A stretch of DNA of 32,000 nucleotides from an uncultured Eubacteriales bacterium (GCA_934395135.1 CAKRRK010000001.1:255375-287374), one strand, 5' to 3'. Numbered from the stretch's first letter, positions 7,399-16,800 are shown. Notes: generated by a model from the letters alone, not told the origin. Numbers and translations are program-made.

Positions 7399-7669
7399 AG
7401 GCCCCAACTCCCTTACTGCCTATTCTATCAAAAACCCATGGGAATGTCTAATAAAAAAGTCGAAATCTGCCTAATTTCTCCGCTGGATAAATCTGGAACG
7501 CCTGCCATGCCGCCGCAAGACAGGGATCCGACGATTTATGCCGCCATTGCTGTCTCTCCAAGGGTTTTCCTGTCCCGGTATTTTTAATCCAACATGGAAG
7601 AATTTTTGTGATTTTTTTGAATTTTACCGAATTTTTTCTTGAAATTGCAAGTATTTTAGCCGAATTGTA

Positions 7670-7698
7670 TTGCATTTTGCAAACAAATGTAATATAAT
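7670..7698 (+). promoter_or_regulatory. Putative sigma-A promoter of nagB
   Basis: TTGCAT (7670-7675), a 17-nt spacer, then TATAAT (7693-7698). It lies 35 nt upstream of the nagB ATG. Confidence 0.5.
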
Positions 7699-7732
7699 GT
7701 GAAACCACAAAAATGTTTGGAGGTTCCCGCTT

Positions 7733-8458
7733 ATGCAGATTCATATTTATAAGGATACACAGGCCATCGGCGCGGCCGCTGCTGCGCTGTTCGCCGCGCA
7801 GGTGATCCAAAAGCCAACTTCGGTGCTCGGCCTTGCCACAGGTTCCACCCCAATCCCTGCCTATGCCAAAATGGCGGAACTGTATGCGTGCGGCGCGGTG
7901 GACTATTCCAGCGTCACAACCTACAATCTGGACGAATATGTAGGGCTGGATCACTCCCATCCCCAAAGCTACTATTCCTTTATGATGGAGCATCTGTTTT
8001 CCCATATCAATGTGCCGGCCGGCAGCATCCATGTGCTTTCCGGCACCGCCCCGGATCCAGAAGCGGAATGCGCCGCATACGAAAAGGCCATAGAAGCCGC
8101 CGGGGGCATTGACCTGCAGATACTGGGCATTGGCCGCAACGGCCATATCGCCTTTAACGAACCGGACACTTCCTTTGCACCGGCAACTCATGTGGTAAAC
8201 CTGACGCAGAGCACCATCGAAGCAAATACCCGGTTTTTCTCCTGCTCCGATGAAGTGCCGCGGCAGGCTCTCACAATGGGAATCGGTTCCATTATGAAAG
8301 CCCGGTCCATTGTCCTGATCGCCACTGGGGCAGACAAGGCAGACGCGGTCCGCGCCCTGGTAAACGGCGCAGTGTCTCCCGCATGTCCGGCGTCTGTTTT
8401 GCAGCTGCATCCCCGGGTGACCGTCATGCTGGACGCGCCGGCAGCTTCCCTGCTGTAA
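7733..8458 (+). CDS. nagB: Glucosamine-6-phosphate deaminase
   Basis: 241 aa with LGLATGSTP, YNLDEYVGL and LGIGRNGHIAFNEP, the hallmark NagB motifs. The RBS is TGGAGG. Confidence 0.93.
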   Translation: MQIHIYKDTQAIGAAAAALFAAQVIQKPTSVLGLATGSTPIPAYAKMAELYACGAVDYSSVTTYNLDEYVGLDHSHPQSYYSFMMEHLFSHINVPAGSIHVLSGTAPDPEAECAAYEKAIEAAGGIDLQILGIGRNGHIAFNEPDTSFAPATHVVNLTQSTIEANTRFFSCSDEVPRQALTMGIGSIMKARSIVLIATGADKADAVRALVNGAVSPACPASVLQLHPRVTVMLDAPAASLL

Positions 8459-8476
8459 AGCTTCTGTACAAGCAAG

Positions 8477-8511
8477 ACTGCATTCCCGGAACTGGGAGTG
8501 CAGTTTTTTTG
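8477..8511 (+). terminator. Rho-independent terminator of nagB
   Basis: ACTGCATTCCC-GGAACT-GGGAGTGCAGT forms an 11-bp stem with one G-U pair, followed by TTTTTTT. It begins about 20 nt after the nagB stop. Confidence 0.75.
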
Positions 8512-8630
8512 CCATGCAGTCCTTCCGGCGGCTTGGCAAAAAAACGCCCCGGGCAGCCGATTGCCGCCCAAGGCGTCCGTATGTTCTCTTATCACCGCGG
8601 TGCCGAAAGTAAAGAACATCCTGCCCCAGC

Positions 8631-9668
8631 CTACGCCGGAAAAACCCCGTCAGGATATACAATAATACGGCAGCCTTCCTTGTTCATCAGCAGGCGGAAT
8701 GCTTCCTGGATGTCTTTGAGCGCAAACCGGTGGCTGATGAATTGATCCAGCCCCAGCTCCTTGTTCTGCATCATAGCGATTGCCCGGGGGAAATCCTTGC
8801 CCAAAACGCCGGTTACCGTCAGCTCTTTGCTGGTAAACAGAAACGGCGGCACCTGGGACATCGCGTTCCGGTTATAGCCGAACAGCAAAACCCGGCCTCT
8901 GGCGTTCATCAGCTCCAGAATTTGGGAGAAGATCGGGCCGGTGCCCACCGCATCGATGGCGACGTCTGCAAGACATCCCCATGCGGACAGCAGCGCCTCC
9001 TTCACATCTCCCGCCTGGGAATCGATGACAAGATCCGCGCCGCATTCCTTTGCCTGCCGGATTCTCGCCGCTCCCTTCGCCACCACTGCAAGGTTCTGCA
9101 CCCCAAACAGCTTCAGCGCCCGGATAAAGGTGAGGCCAATGGGACCGGCGCCATACAGCAACACCCGGTCCGTGGGCATCGGCTGAATGCGCACCATCCC
9201 GCTCATCACGCAGGCAAGCGGCTCCGTCTGCGCCGCGATGTCCGGCGAAATGTCTTTTGGCAGATGATACAGTTGCCCCGCATCCACCAGAGCGTATTCT
9301 GCAAAGCCTCCGTCGCAGGTCTGTCCATAGTGATATGGGTTCACGCAAAGATTGCTCCGGTTGTTGACACAATCAAAGCATTCGCCGCAGGGCATGCATG
9401 GGTTGACCGCAACCACATCCCCGACCTGAAATCCCAACGATCTTTCGCCGGTTTCCACAACTTCTCCGAAAAATTCATGCCCATATACAATATTGGGCGT
9501 AAAAATTTGTCCCGGCGGCACATGCAGGCCATGAATATCGCTGCCGCAGATGCTCGCCGCCCGTACCCGGATCAGCACATCCGTTGGCGCAGAAATCTTG
9601 GGCACCGGAATTTTTTCCACTTCCAACACGCCGTTTCCCTTAAAAACAGCCGCTAACATTTCACGCAT
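8631..9668 (-). CDS. Zinc-dependent medium-chain dehydrogenase/reductase (sorbitol/threonine dehydrogenase-like)
   Basis: Catalytic Zn ligands are CGSDIH and GHEFFGEV. The structural Zn cluster is CMPCGECFDCVNNRSNLC. The Rossmann motif is LYGAGPIGL. The ATG at 9668 follows AAAGGAGGG. Substrate is not assignable. Confidence 0.85.
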   Translation of the reverse strand: MREMLAAVFKGNGVLEVEKIPVPKISAPTDVLIRVRAASICGSDIHGLHVPPGQIFTPNIVYGHEFFGEVVETGERSLGFQVGDVVAVNPCMPCGECFDCVNNRSNLCVNPYHYGQTCDGGFAEYALVDAGQLYHLPKDISPDIAAQTEPLACVMSGMVRIQPMPTDRVLLYGAGPIGLTFIRALKLFGVQNLAVVAKGAARIRQAKECGADLVIDSQAGDVKEALLSAWGCLADVAIDAVGTGPIFSQILELMNARGRVLLFGYNRNAMSQVPPFLFTSKELTVTGVLGKDFPRAIAMMQNKELGLDQFISHRFALKDIQEAFRLLMNKEGCRIIVYPDGVFPA

Positions 9669-9757
9669 CAAAACACCCTCCTTTTTGAAAAAGCCGCCTG
9701 GTTCGCCAGCGCCGCCTTTCTTTCGGACCCGGCAGAATTCGAATCCTCTTTTTTAAA

Positions 9758-9786
9758 ATTATATTGCGTTCCTTCCGGCAGGTCAA
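9758..9786 (-). promoter_or_regulatory. Putative sigma-A promoter of the dehydrogenase gene
   Basis: On the minus strand: TTGACC (9786-9781), a 17-nt spacer, then TATAAT (9763-9758). This implies a 5' UTR of about 85 nt. Confidence 0.45.
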
Positions 9787-9826
9787 TATAAGAATCCCGC
9801 GAAATCATATATATATTCTTGCAAAA

Positions 9827-10327
9827 TCACAGGGCTTTGTATGCGTTTTGATAGGCTTTCAGGGTGTTTTCATCAAAGCACACCATTACGGACTCTTTCA
9901 CTGTCCGGCAGGGATATTCCGTGATGGCTTTGACGGCGATAACCGCCGCCTGAGAAAGCGGGAACCGGTATATCCCGGTGCTGATGGATGGGAACGCCAC
10001 GCTCTCGCATCCATTGGCTTCCGCGAGGGCAAGGCAGCTTTCATAACAGCTTCTGAGCTGTTCTGCCTCCCCGTGTCCGCCGCCCCGCCAGACAGGTCCC
10101 GGCGTATGGATAACATACGCCGCTGGCAGATGGTATCCTTTTGTAATTTTCGCTTTTCCGGTTTCACAGCCGCCAAGGGTCCGGCATTCCTCCAACAGTG
10201 CAGGTCCCGCCGCCCGGTGGATGGCGCCGTCTACACCGCCGCCGCCCAGCAGAGACGTATTGGCCGCATTGACAATAGCATCTACGGAACATTTTGTAAT
10301 GTCTCCCCGTATAATAGAAAACCGCAT
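9827..10327 (-). CDS. Macro-domain protein (O-acetyl-ADP-ribose deacetylase / ADP-ribose-binding, YmdB-like)
   Basis: The internal ATG ([11 protein letters not shown]) follows a [33 protein letters not shown] and [13 protein letters not shown] are macro-domain signatures. The 31-codon upstream extension in the track overlaps degV and lacks an RBS. Confidence 0.85.
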   Translation of the reverse strand: MRFSIIRGDITKCSVDAIVNAANTSLLGGGGVDGAIHRAAGPALLEECRTLGGCETGKAKITKGYHLPAAYVIHTPGPVWRGGGHGEAEQLRSCYESCLALAEANGCESVAFPSISTGIYRFPLSQAAVIAVKAITEYPCRTVKESVMVCFDENTLKAYQNAYKAL

Positions 10328-10356
10328 GTTACCCCTTCCTTTCCTTTCGCCGTGCC

Positions 10357-11205
10357 TTATATGCGGCGCAGGATGCCAATCCCCAGGGTGGATGGACCGC
10401 AATGGCTGCCAATGGTACATCCCGTAATGTTTTCGATAATCTTGACACCAGGCAGAAACTTCCGGATTTCTCGGCGCACTTCTTCCAGCACATCGCCCGG
10501 CGCCATTGCATGAGTCATCAAAATCGTGCCGCGCTGGATGGACGGACGGTTTTCCAGCTTATCCCGTATATAGTGGCAGACGCTGCGCTTTAGGCTGCCC
10601 CGATATTTTTTCCCCACTCTCAGGCTGCCGCCGCACATTTCAATGCAGGGCTTGAGTTTGAGCAGATTCGCCCCCAAGGCCACAATGGCAGAACACCGGC
10701 CGCCCATATGCAGATAGGACAGGGTATCCACGAGGAAACTGACCTCCATTTGACGCCGCAGTTCGGAAAGCTTTTCCAAAATTTCCCCCGCGCTGCTGCC
10801 CCGCCTTGCCAAATCCGACGCTTCCATCGCCAGGTACCCGGAGGCGGAGGATACATTTTGGCTGTCAAACACATACACATTTTCATAGTTTTCCGCGGCG
10901 ATCCTGGCATTTTGATGGCAGGAGGTCAGTTTGCTGGAAATATTGATGTGGATCACCGTGTAGCCTTCCTTTCGGTACCGCCGGAAGACTTCCTCATATT
11001 CGTAGCTGCTGATTGCCGCCGTGGTAGGCAGCTGTCCCGTACTGTCTACAATGCGGAATACATCCGGCAGACGGATATTCACCATATCCAGATACTGCTT
11101 TCCGCCGGAAATCACATGAACCGGTATGGGCATGATCTGGTACGCCCTATAGGTTTCACTGCTTAAATCACAGGCAGAATCGCATGTGATTTTAATCTTT
11201 TCCAT
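10357..11205 (-). CDS. DegV family fatty-acid-binding protein (FakB-type)
   Basis: 282 aa. [15 protein letters not shown]..., ...[13 protein letters not shown]..., and the length and layout are typical of DegV/FakB. Confidence 0.85.
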   Translation of the reverse strand: MEKIKITCDSACDLSSETYRAYQIMPIPVHVISGGKQYLDMVNIRLPDVFRIVDSTGQLPTTAAISSYEYEEVFRRYRKEGYTVIHINISSKLTSCHQNARIAAENYENVYVFDSQNVSSASGYLAMEASDLARRGSSAGEILEKLSELRRQMEVSFLVDTLSYLHMGGRCSAIVALGANLLKLKPCIEMCGGSLRVGKKYRGSLKRSVCHYIRDKLENRPSIQRGTILMTHAMAPGDVLEEVRREIRKFLPGVKIIENITGCTIGSHCGPSTLGIGILRRI

Positions 11206-11425
11206 GCATTAACTTGCTCCCTTAACTGTTATTTTTCCCGATAAATATTCAAATTTTTCAGCCCGATAACTTCATTTTTTTATCACTTGCTCACCATATT
11301 TTATCATGCTTCCCTGCTTTTCCAGAACTCTTTTTCCACAATTCATAATTTGTTTACATTTGCATAAAAATTTCTTGGTATCCTTTCGTTTTCGTGCAAT
11401 ATTTTTCGCAAAACACAAAAACTTC

Positions 11426-11454
11426 TTGTATATACCATCAAAGTGAGATAAAAT
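11426..11454 (+). promoter_or_regulatory. Putative sigma-A promoter of asp23-yloV
   Basis: TTGTAT (11426-11431), a 17-nt spacer, then TAAAAT (11449-11454). It lies about 50 nt upstream of the ATG at 11507. Confidence 0.4.
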
Positions 11455-11506
11455 AGAAAAAGCTATAAGGAATTACAGCCCATCTTGTTTTAAAGGAGGT
11501 CATTCT

Positions 11507-11857
11507 ATGATTATTAAAACCGACCTTGGAAATATTGACATAACGACCGACGTTATCGCCGGCATTGCCGGGCAGGCGGCCAACAACTGCTTTGGCGTCA
11601 AAGGTATGACGGTGCGCTCCGTATCCGACGGCCTTGCTCATCTGCTGCGCCGGGAAAATCAGAGCCGCGGCGTAAAAATCACAGAGAATGACGACGGCGG
11701 CATTTCCATCGCCCTGCACATTGCGGTTGACCATGGGGTAAACATTTCCGCTGTTTGCAAATCCATTATGGAAGAAGTGCGGTATAATGTGGAATCCCAG
11801 ACCGGCATTGATGTGAAAACCATTGATATTTATGTGGAAAGCCTGAAAGCAGACTGA
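11507..11857 (+). CDS. Asp23/Gls24 family envelope-stress protein (YloU-like)
   Basis: 116 aa. IDITTDVIAGIAGQAANNCFGVKGM...GISIALHIAVDHGVNISAVCKSIMEEVRYNVESQTG matches the Asp23 family pattern. The RBS is AAAGGAGG. The position directly upstream of yloV is conserved. Confidence 0.88.
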   Translation: MIIKTDLGNIDITTDVIAGIAGQAANNCFGVKGMTVRSVSDGLAHLLRRENQSRGVKITENDDGGISIALHIAVDHGVNISAVCKSIMEEVRYNVESQTGIDVKTIDIYVESLKAD

Positions 11858-11897
11858 CACAGCGTTTGCAAGAATACGAATGAACAGATTGGAGGCA

Positions 11898-13568
11898 ATG
11901 ATATTGTCCACGAAAATTGACGGTATTTTGTTTCAGTCCATGGTAATAGAGGGTGCGTTGTCCATTGAAGACCAAAAGCAGAAGGCAAACGACCTGAACG
12001 TTTTCCCTGTACCGGACGGCGATACCGGCACGAACATGTCCCTTACTATGTTCGGTGCGTTAAATGAAATATCCAAGCTTGAACATCCCTCCCTGCAAAA
12101 AGCGGCAGAGGTTACTGCATCTTCTCTTCTGCGGGGCGCGCGGGGAAACTCCGGCGTAATTCTTTCCTTGTTGTTCCGCGGCATCGCCAAAAAGCTGAAA
12201 AGCCTTGCCTGTGCAGACGGTGCGGATTTTGCCGTCGCCCTTAAGGAAGGCGTGGATACAGCGTACAAAGCGGTAATGAAGCCGGCGGAAGGTACCATGC
12301 TGACGGTATCCCGTGTCGCGGCGCAGCATGCCGTGGAGCTTTGCCAGGCAAATCCCGAGCTTTCGGTGGAAGAAGTGCTGGACGCCATTCTGGAAAAAGG
12401 CGGAGAAGCGCTGAAAGAAACCCAGTTTCAAAATCCGGTGCTGGAAAAAGCCGGGGTTGTAGACGCGGGCGGTTTTGGTTTTCTTACCATTCTGGAAGGC
12501 ATGCGCAATGGATTTCTCGGCATTCGTCCCCAGCACAATGCACCGGCGCCGGAAGAAGATCCCTCCGCAGACTTTTCCGCATTGAGCGACGAGGACATCA
12601 CTTATACTTACTGTACGGAATTTATCGCCGAACGGGTGGACAAATCCCGAAATGTGGACCGGGTCCGGCAGCTTCTTTCTGACATCGGCGACAGTCTGGT
12701 GCTGGTGGAGGACGATGACATTGTCAAAGTCCATGTCCACACGGATCAGCCAAACCTTGCCATTGCCGAGGGCCTGAAATTTGGCCCCCTTGTTACTGTG
12801 AAAATTGAAAATATGCGGCAGCAGCATTCCGCCAAGGTTATTGAATCCCAGGCGCCCCGGGCAAGCAGCCCGGAAGCCCCGGCGGAACGGGTTGTTGTGC
12901 CGCCGGAAAAGAAATATGGCTTTGTCGCCGTAGCGGCAGGCGACGGAATTACCAGCCTGTTCCGGGAACTCGGCGTGGACTGCGTTGTGCAGGGGGGACA
13001 GACCATGAACCCCTCCACAAACGACATTCTCTGTGCGGTGGACGCAGTGCCGGCAGAAATTGTTTTTGTTCTGCCCAACAATAAAAACATTATTATGGCG
13101 GCAGAGCAGGCCGTTCCCCTCTCGGAAAAGAAGATTCTTGTGATTCCTACCAAAACCATTCCCCAGGGCGTTGCCGCTCTGCTGGCGTTTGACCCGGATG
13201 GTCCGGAAGCGGCGAATACCACCGGGATGCTTGACTGTCTTTCCTCCGTCAAAACCGGACAGATTACCTATGCCGCCAGAAATTCGGATTTTGACGGCAA
13301 AAAAATCAAGGAAGGCGAATATCTTTCCCTCCTGGAAGGCAAGCTTTGCTCCAATTCCAAAAAGCTGGCGGAAGTGGTCAAGCGTCTTGCCAAGGATATG
13401 ACCCGGGACGGCGGCTCGTTCCTTACCATTTATTACGGCGCCGGCATGACGGAAGAAGACGCTGCCGCGGTGCAGGCCACGTTTGCCAAATACTGCGATG
13501 ATTTGGAAGTCACATTAATTGACGGCGGGCAGCCGGTGTATTACTTCTTAATCTCTTTGGAGCAGTAA
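11898..13568 (+). CDS. fakA: DAK2-domain protein YloV / fatty acid kinase ATP-binding subunit FakA
   Basis: The LNVFPVPDGDTGTNM Dak2 phosphate-binding motif is present, with a full-length YloV-like architecture. The start is uncertain. The track gives 11880 with no RBS. The ATG at 11898 is only 2 nt from GGAGG. The TTG at 11904 has ideal 8-nt spacing and would give MSTKIDG. Confidence 0.88.
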   Translation: MILSTKIDGILFQSMVIEGALSIEDQKQKANDLNVFPVPDGDTGTNMSLTMFGALNEISKLEHPSLQKAAEVTASSLLRGARGNSGVILSLLFRGIAKKLKSLACADGADFAVALKEGVDTAYKAVMKPAEGTMLTVSRVAAQHAVELCQANPELSVEEVLDAILEKGGEALKETQFQNPVLEKAGVVDAGGFGFLTILEGMRNGFLGIRPQHNAPAPEEDPSADFSALSDEDITYTYCTEFIAERVDKSRNVDRVRQLLSDIGDSLVLVEDDDIVKVHVHTDQPNLAIAEGLKFGPLVTVKIENMRQQHSAKVIESQAPRASSPEAPAERVVVPPEKKYGFVAVAAGDGITSLFRELGVDCVVQGGQTMNPSTNDILCAVDAVPAEIVFVLPNNKNIIMAAEQAVPLSEKKILVIPTKTIPQGVAALLAFDPDGPEAANTTGMLDCLSSVKTGQITYAARNSDFDGKKIKEGEYLSLLEGKLCSNSKKLAEVVKRLAKDMTRDGGSFLTIYYGAGMTEEDAAAVQATFAKYCDDLEVTLIDGGQPVYYFLISLEQ

Positions 13569-13594
13569 GCCCCTTTGAGAAACTCTATGGCACT

Positions 13595-13632
13595 AAAATG
13601 ACGGACAAATGGAACTTTGTCCGTCATTTTTT
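13595..13632 (+). terminator. Rho-independent terminator after yloV
   Basis: AAAATGACGGACAAA-TGGAAC-TTTGTCCGTCATTTT forms a 15-bp stem followed by TT. Confidence 0.8.
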
Positions 13633-13661
13633 AAAACAATATAAAAAGGAACCCATAATTT

Positions 13662-14303
13662 ATGTCTATTTTTGATATTTTTGCCCGCCTGGAACAGGAA
13701 AAAAAGGAGCAGCCGCCGAAAACGTCCGGGCCGGTGCAGTGGATCGTTGCAGGGCTGGGCAATCCCGGCGCCGCTTATGCAGACACCCGGCACAACGCAG
13801 GCTTTATGGTGCTGGACCGCTACTGTGAAAAAAATGGCCTGCGGCTTCACAAAATGAAATTCAAAGCCTTGGTGGAACGTGCCGGCTTTGCCGGCCAGAA
13901 CGTGCTGTTTTTAAAACCCCAAACCTTTATGAACTTATCCGGAGAAGCGGTATCTGCCGCCGCGGCATTCTATAAGATCCCGCCTCAGCGGATCATTGTG
14001 GTGTTTGATGACATCTCTCTGCCGGTAGGCAGGCTGCGGGTGCGGGCCAAAGGCTCGGACGGCGGGCAAAACGGAGTGAAAAACATTATTTATCATTTGA
14101 ATTCCCAGGATTTTCCCCGGGTAAAAGTCGGGATCGGCGCAAAACCGCACCCGGACTATGACCTTGCCGACTGGGTGCTCTCCGCGTTTTCTCCGGAAGA
14201 ACGGCCAGTGATGGCAGAGGCATGCGACCGCGCCATCGGCGCAGTGGAGGAGATTATCCGGGCCGGCGTTCCCGCCGCCGCACAAAAATACAACGGGAAA
14301 TAA
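13662..14303 (+). CDS. pth: Peptidyl-tRNA hydrolase
   Basis: WIVAGLGNPGAAYADTRHNAGFMVLD, FLKPQTFMNLSGEAV and DGGQNGVKNI are canonical Pth motifs. Confidence 0.93.
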   Translation: MSIFDIFARLEQEKKEQPPKTSGPVQWIVAGLGNPGAAYADTRHNAGFMVLDRYCEKNGLRLHKMKFKALVERAGFAGQNVLFLKPQTFMNLSGEAVSAAAAFYKIPPQRIIVVFDDISLPVGRLRVRAKGSDGGQNGVKNIIYHLNSQDFPRVKVGIGAKPHPDYDLADWVLSAFSPEERPVMAEACDRAIGAVEEIIRAGVPAAAQKYNGK

Positions 14304-14340
14304 CGCGGCTTGCCGCCAGTGCAGCAGGAGGGTTTATTCT

Positions 14341-14832
14341 ATGGATCTTGTTCTCCGGCAGTTTGAAGAAAGGGATCTGTCCCAGATGAATGCCATCTGG
14401 AACAGCATTGTGGAGGAGGGCGACGCCTTTCCCCAAACGGAGCGTTTGGATATGGCCTCCGGTCTTGCTTTTTTTCGCAGCCAATCCTTTGCCGGCGTGG
14501 CGGAAGACCGGAACACCGGGAACATCGCAGGTCTTTATATCCTGCACCCCAACAATGTGGGCCGGTGCAGCCACATCGCAAACGCAAGCTATGCGGTAGC
14601 AGAAACCGCGCGGGGCCGCCAGGTCGGCAGGCAGCTGGTGACGCATTGCCTTTCCAAGGCAAAAGCTCTGGGCTTCCGCATCCTGCAGTTTAACGCGGTG
14701 GTCAAAACCAACACTGCTGCCATCCGTCTGTACCGCGCTCTGGGTTTCACCCCGCTGGGGGTTATCCCCGGCGGATTTCTCAAAAAGGACGGGACGTACG
14801 AAGATATTATCCCCTTTTATAAAACATTGTAG
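14341..14832 (+). CDS. GNAT family N-acetyltransferase
   Basis: 163 aa. The acetyl-CoA motif is RGRQVGRQLV...KALGF...LQFNAVVKTNTAAIRLYRALGF. The RBS is GGAGGG. Substrate is unknown. Confidence 0.8.
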   Translation: MDLVLRQFEERDLSQMNAIWNSIVEEGDAFPQTERLDMASGLAFFRSQSFAGVAEDRNTGNIAGLYILHPNNVGRCSHIANASYAVAETARGRQVGRQLVTHCLSKAKALGFRILQFNAVVKTNTAAIRLYRALGFTPLGVIPGGFLKKDGTYEDIIPFYKTL

Positions 14833-14956
14833 CGCCAGACGGTATGGTTTCCCGGTTTTCTTTGCGGCAAAGCCGTATTTCGCCGCAGGAAGAGCTGGGG
14901 AACCCACCGTTCCAAAAACAGGAACGCTGCCTTTCGTCTCTGCCGCTTCCTGATAG

Positions 14957-14996
14957 AAAAGCCCCTTGCCGTTATTGGCAAGGGGCTTTTTTCTGC
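14957..14996. terminator. Bidirectional terminator between the GNAT gene (+) and the isomerase gene (-)
   Basis: AAAAGCCCCTTGCC-GTTATT-GGCAAGGGGCTTTT forms a 14-bp stem. It has a T-run on the plus side (TTTTTTCT) and an A-run upstream. Confidence 0.8.
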
Positions 14997-14998
14997 AA

Positions 14999-15832
14999 TT
15001 ACACCGCTTCCAGAATTGCTTTTGTTTTTTCGTATCCTTCCCGGATCACGGTTTCTCCGTCCATTTCATAAAACTTTGGATGAAACACTTCCAGGGAGGC
15101 GTGATGGTCAAATCCTACGCGCCTGAGAGCCGCCACAAATTCCCGGACGGGAACGATCCCATCGCCGGGCAGCAGACGGTGATACATCGGATCCAATTCG
15201 GAAACCGGACGGTTTTCTCCGTCGTCAATGTGAAACACATAGATTTTTTCCGGAGGAATCGCCTGCAGGTCTTCTATGTCCGAAAGTCCGTCATAGGTAA
15301 AAAGATTGAACGCATCCAGCGTCAAACCGATGTTCTCCCGGTCCGCCGCCTTTACAATTTCCCAGCCCTGCCGGATGCTGCGTACACAGTACAGACGGTT
15401 TCCCATAGGCTCAAAGGCAATTTTGGCGCCGTAAACTGCAGCAATGTCCGAAAGCTTTCGCAGAACGCTGACCGAATCGGCAAATACCGCCTCCCGGGTT
15501 TTTTCCTGCATCGCTTCCCCTCTTGTGGGCACCACCACTACATAAGGCGCGCCAAGCTCTTTGCACATCATACATGAAAAGATGAAATCCTCCAGCATCC
15601 GGTTCCAGCCAGCCGGATCGCAGAAGTTTATATCCACTACAGAATTGACGGACAAGGGTTTGATGGAATGGGTTGCAAAGAAATGCCGCAGTTCTCCGAT
15701 GCCATGGCTGTCCAGGTATGCCTTTAGCCGGTCAATCCGAAGTTCGATATAATCGTAGCCGTACTTGTCACACAGAAATAAATCCTCCGCCAGCCCGTTT
15801 TGCGGCAAGGTTTCGTTGAATGCAATTTTCAT
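14999..15832 (-). CDS. Sugar-phosphate isomerase/epimerase (xylose-isomerase-like TIM barrel)
   Basis: The internal ATG (MKIAFNETL) follows a GGAGGGAG RBS. The track's longer ORF would overlap the Mrp gene by 86 nt. The family is assigned from the general pattern (...AFEPMGN...FHIDD...LEVF), so specificity is unknown. Confidence 0.65.
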   Translation of the reverse strand: MKIAFNETLPQNGLAEDLFLCDKYGYDYIELRIDRLKAYLDSHGIGELRHFFATHSIKPLSVNSVVDINFCDPAGWNRMLEDFIFSCMMCKELGAPYVVVVPTRGEAMQEKTREAVFADSVSVLRKLSDIAAVYGAKIAFEPMGNRLYCVRSIRQGWEIVKAADRENIGLTLDAFNLFTYDGLSDIEDLQAIPPEKIYVFHIDDGENRPVSELDPMYHRLLPGDGIVPVREFVAALRRVGFDHHASLEVFHPKFYEMDGETVIREGYEKTKAILEAV

Positions 15833-15899
15833 AGAACTCCCTCCTACTGCTGTCATTTGTTTGCCATGCGTTTCTGCCGTTGTTGTGCGGACGGATGCA

Positions 15900-16739
15900 T
15901 CATACCTTTTCCAGCGCGTCCGCTGCGGAAAGCAGCCAGGTTCCCATAAAGTCCTCGATCCGGCCGGTGTCGCACAGATGGGCAAGTTCCGGGCTGATGG
16001 GCATCTTTCCCAGCACCTTTAAGCCGTTTTTCTCTGCCGCTTCCTCGGTTTTTCCTTCGCCGAACAGATGGATCTTTCTGCCGCAGTCCGGACACTCTAC
16101 ATAGCTCATATTTTCAATCACTCCTACAATGGGCACCTCCATCATCCGGGCCATATGCACGGCCTTTTCCACCACCATGGAAACCAGTTCCTGGGGAGAA
16201 GTGACAATCACGATGCCATTGAGGGGAATGGACTGGTATACTGTCAGGGGCACGTCGCCGGTTCCAGGCGGCATATCCACAAACATATACTCCACATCTT
16301 CCCAGATTACATCCGTCCAAAACTGTGTGACAGCGCCGGCAATCACCGGGCCGCGCCAGACCACCGGGGAGGTGTCGCTGTCCAGCAGCAGGTTCATCGA
16401 CATTACCTGGATGCCGCTTTTTGTCACAACGGGATAAAAACAGTCCTCCCCGCACCGTACCTCTGCCCGGGAGACGCCAAACGCCTTCGGGATGGACGGC
16501 CCGGTGATGTCTGCGTCCATAATGGCTGTTTTGTAGCCCTTTCTTGCCGTCAGCACAGCAAGCTGACTGGTTACCATCGATTTTCCCACGCCGCCTTTGC
16601 CGCTGACAATGCCAAACACTTTTTTCACCCGGCTTCCCGGATGCAGTTCCCTGCGCAGACTCTCCGGTTTTCTCTCGCTGCAGGTTTCATTGCACGAAGA
16701 ACAATCATGCGTACACTCCGCCATACTATCCGTCTCCAT
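15900..16739 (-). CDS. Mrp/NBP35/ApbC family Fe-S cluster carrier ATPase
   Basis: The deviant Walker A is VSGKGGVGKS, the CxxC region is VECPDCG, and the N-terminus is Cys-rich (CTHDCSSCNETC). An alternative start is the ATG at 16724 (MAECTH). Confidence 0.88.
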   Translation of the reverse strand: METDSMAECTHDCSSCNETCSERKPESLRRELHPGSRVKKVFGIVSGKGGVGKSMVTSQLAVLTARKGYKTAIMDADITGPSIPKAFGVSRAEVRCGEDCFYPVVTKSGIQVMSMNLLLDSDTSPVVWRGPVIAGAVTQFWTDVIWEDVEYMFVDMPPGTGDVPLTVYQSIPLNGIVIVTSPQELVSMVVEKAVHMARMMEVPIVGVIENMSYVECPDCGRKIHLFGEGKTEEAAEKNGLKVLGKMPISPELAHLCDTGRIEDFMGTWLLSAADALEKV

Positions 16740-16771
16740 TCCTCTTGATTTGTTTTTATCATTGTCTAATA

Positions 16772-16800
16772 ATTATACTATTCCTTTGTCGCAGATTCAA
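16772..16800 (-). promoter_or_regulatory. Putative sigma-A promoter of the Mrp gene
   Basis: On the minus strand: TTGAAT (16800-16795), a 17-nt spacer, then TATAAT (16777-16772). It sits in the short HD-mrp intergenic region. Confidence 0.45.

Noticed and set aside
7507-7545. An 8-bp direct repeat ATGCCGCC (7507-7514 and 7538-7545, 31 bp apart) upstream of the WYL regulator gene, considered as a candidate operator.
   Set aside because: An 8-mer repeating somewhere within a ~300-bp region is close to the chance expectation. There is no dyad symmetry and I cannot check conservation.
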